This document shows, piece after piece, positions 52,856-64,000 of a stretch of DNA of 64,000 bases. Each line of letters begins with the position of its first letter. Within the stretch, counting starts at the first letter, position 1. Location: NCBI GenBank assembly GCA_951406725.2, contig OX597838.1, positions 3,658,001 to 3,722,000 of the forward strand. Reading direction: 5' to 3'. The notes under the pieces are model-generated. The model was not told the origin of the DNA and ran no database searches. It saw nothing but the letters and a program-made list of their open reading frames with translations. Position numbers and translations under genes: made by a program. This stretch comes from Octopus vulgaris (lineage: Eukaryota).

Positions 52856-54657
52856 TCATTTTTTTTTTACACATACAGTATATACGTTTATCCATCTACA
52901 CATATATTTGTCTATTTTCACAGTCAACGATTAAACTCAAATACTTTTTTTAACTTCTTTTTTATCTGAGTATGACAGATTCTCTCGTTGTGAACCACAA
53001 ATGAGGGTTCAGTAAAATAAAGGGGCACGAATGTGTCCCTTAAGGCATGCTGGTGCCTTGCTAACCTTTTGGCAAACGGAACAAGTTCAGGACTCAGTTT
53101 GCATGAGTGCTTGTGAACCATTTACTACGTGTTTTCTTGAGTGAACAGCAGGGCCTGCTTTGCTTCGTATCACAAAACCACATTCACAGGTAAAGGTCTC
53201 CATTTAAAGGAGCAGCGTTTTGCCACTGGGTCTTCATGCTTGCACAAAGCTGATCCTTATGCTAGAGTCGTCTTTGCTAAAAATCTTTGAACCGAGGAGA
53301 AGCAGGACTGGCACCAGGTCCTGCCTTCTGATGCTTTTGTTTTCCCAGAAAGAAAAGGGAACATTACATCGCTTCAGATTTTTCTTTTAGGTTGTGTGTG
53401 TGTGTGTATTTATGCCTCTACTACCGCCTGACGATTGGTGTTGTTTTGTCTACGTAACCGTAACTCAGTCGTTTGGCTTAAGAGACCGACAGAATAAAAG
53501 CTAGATTTAAAAAAACAATAAAATTTATTCGACTGAAATCCTTGAATCTGTGCCCCAGCATGACCGCAGTCCAATGACTGAAACAAGTAAAAGATAAATG
53601 ATATATACTATAATACCACGGTATCGACCTGTTTATCGGATGTTGTTATACACCGCTGGTCACAATGCACTTCATCGTATTGTTATAGCTTTCGAATGAC
53701 GCCAGCTTACTGACTTGGCGAGCTGGCTTACATTCCCCTTAAATGGTACGCCAGTCCGTAGTAGAGCTTTTCATTTATAGCTAAACGGACTGGAGCAACA
53801 TAAAGTTTTTAGCTCAATAACAACGGACAGTTAGTCTGAGAATCGAAACCACGATCTCGTGATCGCGTGTGCAGCTCCCTTAGCCACTAGGCCACACGCC
53901 TTCACATGTACTATAATATATGTAGAGATATGTGAGACGATATTGATGGAAAACTATTAAATATGGCGTCGAAAACTGCTTCTCTAGGTTCACAGGTTGA
54001 ACAAAAGACATTGTATTTGGCGTCCATCATCGTTGTTGCTTTATTTCGATTATGTCGTCGTCGTCGTCGTCGTCGTCATTGTTTTTACAACACGAGAGTT
54101 TTCAACAGACAACAAGCAGCAGACATGTTTGCCAAATTCCCTCGCAAAGCGAAAAAAAGAATGAAAAAGGATAACGAAGGGGAAAGTTCGCTGACAAGAT
54201 GCCAAACAATTTTCACTGAATCCTTTCACTAGAATTCTTGTAATTAACCACGTGACGTGTTTGAAAGCAAACTCTTCGTTTGAATCTTTCAATACCTGAG
54301 TTAAAATGTGCCAACAAGTCGTTTCACACTTTCACCGACCCCTAAGGCGGAGATGTCTCCCTGATTTTCATTTATTTTATTACCTTTATTTGTTTATTTT
54401 TTTTTTTACACTTCAATCATTCAGCCACTTATTAATATTATTAGTGTTGTTGTTGCTGCTGCTGCTGTTAAGGTGGTAAATTAAATTAGTTTTCCGAAAC
54501 CTTAACAATGGCCCCAGTTTCGAAAGTTGCTGATTACCAAATATTCTTCTTTCCTTATAGCTTTCTCTCGCTTCAATATACACATGTATACAATTACACA
54601 CATATAAACAAACGTATACGTGTATAAACACACACACGCACACACACACAAACACAC

Positions 54658-54712
<55 letters not shown>

Positions 54713-54782
54713 TACAAACATACATGTTTGTCTTTTACTCCTATCACTTTTGTATACTTCTCTGAAAACTGTGTTTCTCTCA

Positions 54783-54937
<155 letters not shown>

Positions 54938-54938
54938 T

Positions 54939-55520
54939 GAGCCACTACTGCAGAAGCTGGCGACGCTGAGGGGCATCCCGCGAGAATTGGGATGCGGAAC
55001 GAGCGTGTCCGCATACGCGGTCGTCGTCACCGTCATAGTGTCTAGCCACGAGCACATCGAGCTGGTCGGCGAGACACTGAAAGACTACGAAGCTGTAACA
55101 GGAGCGAAAATCAACCGAGAAAGGTCAGTGGGCTTGCGGCTCGGCATCTGGAGAAGCAAGCCCATGCCGTCCAACAGCGCCTCCGTCATGGGACGCTGGA
55201 CCGAAGATCCGGTCGACTTGCTCGGGGTTTGGTTTGGTCCGGACCTCCAAACGAAAAAGAACTGGAACGAGATAATGAGTAGGGTGGTCACTCACGCCCG
55301 GCAATGGGCCGAAAGGAAGCTGTCCCTAAAAGGTCGGGCGGAGGTGGCGGACACGTACATCGCGTGCGTCATCTACTATCGCCTGACCGTCGTGCCTTGT
55401 GCCGACCCTACCAAACTGGAGCGCATTCTCTTCCGCTTCTTGTGGAAAGGATGCGTTCCGATGGACAGGCGATCCGTTTGCTGCCAACATCCGTCAAAAG
55501 GAGGCATGGGCATGCCGTAG
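54939..55520 (+). mobile_element. L1/Tx1-clade LINE reverse transcriptase fragment
   Basis: EPLL..VSAYAVVVTV (decayed YADD)..YEAVTGAKINRERS..LLGVWFG..W..RKLSLKGR..FLW..GGMGMP. Confidence 0.85.
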
Positions 55521-55918
55521 TTGATAACCTGTACATAACTGCACCTTCCAATTTTTGCTGTTTTTGTACTGCTTAAAGGCACGTTTCTTTCCTGCCAAGT
55601 TTACTGTTTAAACCATATTTGTGTTCTCTAGTCAACAGCCTTATCATTACTGGTACTTTAAACTCTTCGGTTGCATATTTGTGTGAATAAAATCGTTTTT
55701 CTTTGGAATAGAAAAAAAAGTCTATCTTTATTTCTTCTTTTGCTGGTGTCCCTAATTTAGGTTCAATCAGTGTTTCTCAAAGGAGAGGCCTATGGGACGG
55801 TCGGACAAGTTGTTTTGAGACAATTTGGTTTAAATGTTTGACAACTCAGTACCGTCCATTGGACGTGGGGGCGTTTTGCTCGTGTATATATATATATATA
55901 TAAATATATATATAATAT

Positions 55919-55977
<59 letters not shown>

Positions 55978-55982
55978 TATGC

Positions 55983-56053
<71 letters not shown>

Positions 56054-56077
56054 TATATTATATATATATATGTATAT

Positions 56078-56215
<138 letters not shown>

Positions 56216-56321
56216 TACAGGACGTCACCAACAGTACAAATAACATGAAATACGTAAACAACGAGAAAAAACTGGAAAACAGGACAAGTAAACACAGAGA
56301 AAGGACCCTTCTTCATATACA

Positions 56322-56374
<53 letters not shown>

Positions 56375-56629
56375 GAGGGGCTTCTTTCAGTTTCGGTTTA
56401 CGTAATCCACTCGACACAGGGCTATAGTAGAAGACGATTGCACTTGTCCAAGGTGCCACGCAGTGTGACTGAACACGGAACCATGTGGTTGGGAAGCAAG
56501 CTTCTTACCACACATCCATATCTGCACCTATTTATATCCGTGTGTGTGTGTGTGTGTGTGTGTGTAAATATATCCATGTATAAACATATATTGTATATAT
56601 ACATATATATGTATATCTATATATAAATG

Positions 56630-57024
56630 TGTTGTTTCAGTCATTTGACTGCGGCCATGCTGGAGCACCGCCTTTAGTCGAGCAAATCGACCCCGGGACT
56701 TATTCTTTGTAAGCCCAGGACTTATTCTATCGGTTTCTTTTGCCGAACCGCTAAGTGACGGAGACGTAAACACGCCAGCATCGGTTGTCAAGCAATGCTA
56801 TATGTATATAGACAAACACAGACACACAAACACATACACACACATACATATATACATATATACGACAGGCTTCTTTCAGTTTCTGTCTACCGAATCCACT
56901 CACAAGGCATTGGTCGGCCCGGGACTATAGCAGAAGACACTTGCCCAAGATGCCACGCAGTGGGACTGAACCCGGAACAATATGGTTGGTTAGCAAACTA
57001 CTTACCACACAGCCACTCCTGCGC
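56630..57024 (-). mobile_element. SINE family A, full-length
   Basis: Matches the other copies. Confidence 0.85.
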
Positions 57025-57551
57025 CTATATATATATAGAGAGAGATAGATAGATATACACACATATATACATATATATACACACATTCACACAAACACAA
57101 ACACATACACACTCACCTCACGTACACGCGCATATACACACACATATATAATCCAGCAATACACGTGTTCACCACCACAAGAAAAGAATAAAAAAACCCA
57201 TTGACTATAGATTAGAGACGAACTGGGGTGAAACTCCCCCCTAAAGACAAAACAAGTTTCTTGGTCTCCATTTGATGTGTGAAGTGAAATGGAAGACTTC
57301 TGCTCAATGGCTTCCATTCATATTAACTTCTTTACGATAGTCGAAGCAGACGATGCTCTAGAACGAGCGCCATGCGCCAGACCCCGGGCCAGGATGGTGT
57401 GTATTTTGAAGGAGGAATATAAGACTGGAGTTTCTTGTGCCGTTTTGTTGTTGCTGTTGTTATTGGTTTTGTTGTATTTGTTGTTGCTCAAGTACTTTTT
57501 GTCCTTACATTTGGTTTGTTTCTGATCATGTACTATATCTCTCCTTCTCTT

Positions 57552-57598
<47 letters not shown>

Positions 57599-57607
57599 GT
57601 CTATCTG

Positions 57608-57648
<41 letters not shown>

Positions 57649-57964
57649 TTATCTATCTATCTACATACATACATACATATACACACACATACACACATAC
57701 ACACACACATACATACATACATACATACATACATACATACATACATACATACATACATACATACATACATACATACATACATACATACATACATACATAC
57801 ATACATACATACATACATACATACATACATACATACATACATACATACATACATACATACATACATACATACATACATACATACATACATACATACATAC
57901 ATGTATAGATAGATAGATGAAAGTCGAAGTCGACTTTGGCGGGATTTGAACTCAGAATGTAAAG

Positions 57965-58250
57965 GTGGATGAAATTGAGAAAACTCAGAAATATCAGGAT
58001 TTAGGCAGAGAACTGAGGAGATTGTGGAAGACCAAAGCAACCATTATTCTTGTAGTAATTGCTGCATTTGGCAAAAGACCCAAAATGCGACCTAAAAGAC
58101 AGAAAGAGTTGAAACTCACATTGTCAACCTGCAGAAAAGTACCATTCTATATTCTGCAAGAATCCTAAACGAGATTCTTGGGATTTGAGGAGATGCTGTC
58201 ACCAGTCCTCAAGATAGCATTCATGCTAATTAAATTAGCAGATTCAAGAG
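57965..58250 (+). mobile_element. Degenerate R4/Dong-like 3' fragment
   Basis: EKTQKYQDLGRELRRLWKTKATIILVVIAAFG, followed by a short (TAA)n. Confidence 0.65.
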
Positions 58251-58269
58251 TAATAATAATTAACCGTTT

Positions 58270-58657
58270 CAAATGTTGCCACAAGGGCAAGCATTTTGGT
58301 GAGAGGGGTAAGTCGATTACATCGACCCCAGTACGCAACTGGTACTTAATCGACCCCGAAAGGATGAAAGGCAAAGTCGACCTCGGTGGAATTTGAACTC
58401 GGAACGTAGCGACGGGCGAAATACCCATTTCTTTACTACCCACAAGGGGCTAAACACAGAGAGGACGAACAAGGACAGACAAACGGATTAAGTCGATTAT
58501 ATCGACCCCAGTGCATAATTGGTACTTATTTAATCGACCCCGAAAGGATGAAAGGCAAAGTCGACCTCGGCCGAATTTGAACTCAGAACGTAGCCGCAGA
58601 CGAAATACCGCTAAGCATTTCGCCCGGCGTGCTAACGATTCAGCCAGCTCGCCGCCT
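58270..58657 (-). mobile_element. Two tandem copies of SINE family B (head GGCGGCGAGCTGG..., core GCCTTTCATCCTTTCGGGGTCG)
   Basis: Related copies at ~9350-9560, ~30410-30595, ~42425-42630 and ~46635-47030. Confidence 0.8.
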
Positions 58658-59005
58658 TTAGCCTAATAATAATTAACGAAATATCAAAAATTTTGAATAT
58701 AACGGTAAGTAGTGTTTTCGAGCCCACGGATTTATTAAGGCTGCTTACTCAGTTTTCGTGGGGTATAAAGGACCGAGACCACAACACTCGTTTTGTACGG
58801 GGCACCGGTCTATTGCAAGGATACTCATTTACAGCTGAGTGGACTGGGGCAACGTGAAATGAAGTGTTTTGCTCAGGAACACAACGCATCACCCAGACCT
58901 GGAAGCGAAACCATGATTTCGCGATCGTAAATGCAACGCCCCTAACCACTACGCCACGCGCCTTCACATAATATGACACGTTTGAAAGAAAAAGCGTTCT
59001 CAGTT

Positions 59006-59045
<40 letters not shown>

Positions 59046-59306
59046 CCGTTATATAATATATGGATGTACGTATATATGTGTGTACGTATGTATATATATG
59101 TGTGTGTGTGTGTGTACTTGGGAACGTGCACAGATACACGTATGTATACATGTATGTGTATGTGTATGTGTATATATTTTCGTGTGATTAAACAGACACA
59201 CACATATATATATGTATATATGTATATATACATACATATATACATACACATATATATACATCTATCTATCTATCTATCTCTCTCTCTCTCTATATATATA
59301 TATATG

Positions 59307-59436
<130 letters not shown>

Positions 59437-59722
59437 ATATATATATGTATATATATATGTATGTATATATATATATATATATATGTTAGTTGTACAGGCT
59501 GCTGGCCCTTCTACGACCTCCCTAATTACATAACCTTTCCCTTATTCCACTCTCCCCTTCCTTCCCCACCCCCATTACCACCGTCACCTTATTCCTCTTT
59601 TGTCATCTTCTGCTCCCGTGGGTCTCTCTCCGTTCCACTCCTTCAATTCTTTTCCTCTCACCTTCCTCAATCTTTGTCCTCCTCTCACCATCACCCTCGT
59701 CCCCCTGAATTATTCCTCCACC

Positions 59723-59754
<32 letters not shown>

Positions 59755-60019
59755 CACCATCAACCCCCACCAGCATCTTTTTCTCTTCGATTCTCGTCCT
59801 CCCGACCAACCCATCGCCTTTCCCTCCTACCACCGCCACCACCGCCCTCGCTTTCTTCAGTTCTCTCCCTCCTCCGCTCCTCCCCTCCAGTATCTTCTTC
59901 GATCCATCTCCCACCGCCACCACGACCACGACCACCTTCATCTTCAGTCCTCCTTCTCTTCTCCGGTATCTTCTTCTTCGATCCACCTCTCACCACCATA
60001 CCACCACCACCAACACCAT

Positions 60020-60225
60020 AACCACCACCACCACCACCACCACCACCACCACCACCACCACCACCACCACCACCACCACCACCACCACCACCACCACCAC
60101 CACCACCACCACCACCACCACCACCACCACCACCAACAACAACACCACCACCACCACCACCACCACCACCACCACCACCACCACCACCACCACCACCACC
60201 ACCACCACCACCACCACCACCACCG
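60020..60225. repeat. (CCA)n microsatellite
   Basis: Direct inspection. Confidence 0.95.
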
Positions 60226-60696
60226 CCCATCGTCTTCTCGTGTCTCTCCCGAAACAATACATCTTACCTGTTCTCACTTTCCCTTTTATCTCTTCAAACA
60301 ATGCACCTCACCTGTTCTTGCTGTTTCTTTTTATCGCTCCTCACCTGACACAAGAAACGAAAGAACAGATATATACATACATATATGTATATATATATAT
60401 ATATGTAAAGTGCATGTGTGTATGTATGTATGTATGTATGTATGTATGTATGTATGTATGCATGTATGTATGTATGTGTGTATGTGTGTATGTATGTGCA
60501 GCTCTTTCGAAAGATGGCACTATTAACGCTTCAAAAAACCCCTTCAAGGAATTTTCTCTCTCACCGATTTTCCCTTCTTTTGTCCAATTGTTGCTGTCAC
60601 CATCGTTGCTGTTGTTGTTCTTCTTTAGCTCTAGGTCATTCCTGATGCAACACACCTATTAAAGTTTCAAATTTCGGCACAAGACCAGCGATAATG

Positions 60697-60764
<68 letters not shown>

Positions 60765-60798
60765 GATAATAATGGTTTTAATTTCGGTGGAGGTTTTG

Positions 60799-61133
60799 GA
60801 TATTTACCTTTTGACTGACAGATTTAAATAATAATTTTTTTTTGTAGCTAAACACTTTCAAACTTCGTATACTGATAGAATGTGTCATATAAAACATCTT
60901 TTACTCTTGGTGTTGTTGAGAAAATTCTGTATTTTGGAAGTTATTTCGTGTTAAAGTTGTCGTATTTCGGTAATTTCAACCAATCAATGACGTGTATTCA
61001 GCTGAATAAAATTACTGCTGTTGTTTGTCAACAACAACTTCTCGTGGTGTGTATCTTCTTCTTCGACCCAGTGTTCGAAAGTGTTTAGTTACAAAAAATT
61101 ATTTTCTAAATCTGTCGGAAAAAGGTAAAGATC
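60799..61133. mobile_element. DNA-transposon-like element with ~35-bp imperfect TIRs
   Basis: GATATTTACCTTTTGACTGACAGATTTA vs TAAATCTGTCGGAAAAAGGTAAAGATC. Confidence 0.55.
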
Positions 61134-62904
61134 GGAGATTTTAAGTCAATTGCATCGACCCCAGTACTCAACTGGTAATATATATATATATGTGTGTGTG
61201 TGTGTGCGTGTGTGTGTATGTTTGTGCGTCTGTGTTTGCTCCCCCCCCCAACATCGCTTGACAACCGATGCTGGTGTGTTTACGTCCCCATAACTTAGCG
61301 GTTCGGCAAAAGAGATTGGTAGAATAAGTACTAGGCTTACAAAGAATAAGTCCTGGGGTCGATTTGCTCGACTAAAGGCGGTGCTCCAGCATGGCCGCAG
61401 TCAAATGACCGAAACGAGTAAAGGAGTAAATGAGTAAAAGGGTACATCTAAGATACGAAAATCTTGGATGATGACAACAGCAACGACAACAATAACAACA
61501 ATAGCAGCAGCAGCAGCAGCAGTAGCAGTGACTGCGGCGGCGGCGGCGGTGGCAACAACAACAACAACAACAACAACAGCAACAACAACAACAACAGCAT
61601 CGACGATGACAAAACATAAAATTAAATTTGAAGTGATGCTCGGAGCACACAGGGCAATGAATTATTGGGACAGACCTCATCACTACCACGACATGCTGCC
61701 ACCATCATCATCACCACCAATATCAACAATAAAAACAACAATATCAACAACAGCAACAACAACAACAACAGAAACAACAGCAGCCACGGCCTCGAATTCC
61801 AAGAAACTCACAGTTTATCATTTAGCAACTGTGTCAAATAAATCAGTCAGAACATAACTAAATAACTAAATAAATAGTCAAATAAGCAAATAAATAAATC
61901 GATGAAATAAATTGATAGGTAGATAGATAAATAAATAAGTTAAGAAATATGGCGGCCAACTGAAGCGGCCATTTTGGTTCGTTCACTGCAGGTTTGTTCA
62001 CGTGGTCGTTCGTGAATGTAACGTCTTTGTCAGAAGATGATGCAAGATTACTAATATGATATATAGAACTAACTGGAAGAGGTTATGGCGGTGTGGCGGC
62101 GTCGGGACGGAGGTGGTGGTGGTGGAGGGGGGGACAATGAGGTGATGGTCGATGGAGGTCACAGATGTCAAACAATGACGTCATTATAACCACGTGATAA
62201 CGTTCTTTCTCTTCTTTTTTTTTCTATCGTAATTCGTCTTCACTTGTTGATGTAGACATTTTAAAAAGTTTTTCTTGTGAATTTTTATTTTCCTTGGATC
62301 GGATTTAATGTTGTTGTTGTTTTCGCTGTTGCTAATGTCATTTTTTTTCTTCTTGTCGTTGCTATTGCTGTTTTTTACTACTACTGATGATGATGATGAT
62401 CTTGTTTCGAGATCAAGTTAACAAAGTCAACCCTGTTCAAGCAGACCCTTAATGAAAGTTGCTTCCGGACATGGCCATCCAGTATTTTATTCAGATATAG
62501 CTTGTCTAAAATTATATGTATGTGAGAGTATATACATGCATAAACGCGTACACACACACATACACACACACGCACACACACAGGCATATGCTCGTGCACA
62601 CACACGTACACGCATGCATTTCTGTTAACTTTTTTCAGTGTTGGTTTTACACTTAAAGAAGGGGAGGGGGGGGGGTCTAAAACATCAAATTGGACTTAGC
62701 TACTGCTGCCACCACCAACACCACCGCTTCAACCATCACCACCATCATCACCACCACCACCACCACCCTCACCCTCACCCCTCTCACCCCGGTAGCCCCT
62801 GTCTGCTCTGCCAGTGTTCCCAAGAGATATAACTCAGTAATTAATTACACTAAGTCAAAACAGTTAATCAATTTCAGCGACAGGTAACAACGTGTGCGTG
62901 GGAA

Positions 62905-62915
62905 TAGTAGTTGTG

Positions 62916-62980
<65 letters not shown>

Positions 62981-62993
62981 TGTTGTTGTTGTT

Positions 62994-63034
<41 letters not shown>

Positions 63035-63100
63035 TGTTGTTGTTGTTGTTGTTGTTGTTGTAGTAGTAGTAGTAGTTGTTGTAATAGTTGTTGTTGTGTT

Positions 63101-63144
<44 letters not shown>

Positions 63145-63157
63145 TGTTGTTGTTGTT

Positions 63158-63198
<41 letters not shown>

Positions 63199-63290
63199 TG
63201 TTGTAGTAGTAGTAGTAGTAGTAGTAGTAGTTGTAGTAGTGGTAGTAGCAGCAGCAGCAGCAGCAACTGTAGCAGCAGTAGTGGTAGTAA
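62905..63290. repeat. Compound (GTA)/(GTT)/(GCA) microsatellite
   Basis: Direct inspection. Confidence 0.95.
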
Positions 63291-64000
63291 AAAGATGGTG
63301 ATCGTAGTATTGGTCGTAGTGGTAACGGTGGTGGTGGTGGTGGCGCGTGTGTACGGTAGGCAGGGTGATGGTGATGTTAATGGTGATGATGGTAGCAGTT
63401 ATGGAGGTAGTATTATCTGCGTGTCTGTGATGGTGGTGATGGCGATGGTAATGGTGGGGGTGGGGGCGATGGATGTTGTGATGGTGGAAATGTGGAAGTG
63501 ACGGTGACGGTGGTAGTGGGGGATGATGGAGATGGTGGAAGTGATGGTCGTAGTGATGACGGTAGCGGTGGATGTGTTGGTAGTGGTGATGCTGGTGATG
63601 GTGATGGTGGTGATGATGGTGGTGATGATGGAGGTGATGATTGTTGTTGTTGTTGTTGGTAGTAATGGTGATGGTGGTGGTGGTGATATTAACACTAGTG
63701 GTAGAGATGGTTGTAGTGATGGTTGCAGTGTTGGTTGCAGTGGTGGTTGCAGTGATGGCGGTGGTGATGTCTGTGTGTCTGTGGCGTTGGTGTTGGTGAT
63801 GAAGAATTGAGCCTGTCTGCGTCCGTTGTGTGTGTTCTTTTGTTGTTTTTTGACCCCGTGTCCTATATTTGGATCAACGTGAAGCGCAGTGGGATTGAAC
63901 TCCTAGCTTCTTTGCCACACCGTCATGCACTCGCGACACACACAAGTTTTATTGTCAGTTTTATTCATTTGCGTTAAGCTTCATTCTAAAGTAAACCACG

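Noticed and set aside
52924-53370. Unique-looking sequence with a 65-aa ORF
   Set aside because: No recognisable motif or convincing exon; probably a decayed repeat.
53963-54232. 89-aa ORF MASKTASLG.. with nearby YY1/E-box-like motifs
   Set aside because: No recognisable homology or supporting exons; includes a (CGT)n repeat.
59600-60526. His/Gly/Pro-rich ORFs
   Set aside because: (CCA)n and pyrimidine-rich low-complexity sequence.

Overview
AT-rich eukaryotic genomic DNA saturated with microsatellites and SINEs. The repeat landscape looks like an octopus (coleoid cephalopod) genome; this is an inference. Almost all long ORFs in the track are translated microsatellites. Manual splicing recovers two minus-strand protein-coding genes and one tRNA. 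(1) A class C (glutamate-receptor-like) GPCR with at least 16 coding exons, from ATG 26467 running off the left edge. All introns are GT-AG and in frame, giving about 2600 aa up to TM4. Its ectodomain is a signal peptide plus five tandem, mutually divergent Venus-flytrap (VFT) modules joined by short three-cysteine linkers, with no nine-cysteine domain, followed by the 7TM. This is the main unusual system in the window. (2) A complete 5-exon POP5 gene (RNase P/MRP subunit, 160 aa; 51292-41918). (3) tRNA-His(GTG) at 39021-39092, followed by a ~70-bp tandem array of degenerate copies of its B-box/3' half. The rest is SINEs, R4/Dong-like fragments inside (TAA)n, Penelope-like remnants with hammerhead-like motifs, mariner/hAT/pogo MITEs and a Tx1/L1-like fragment.
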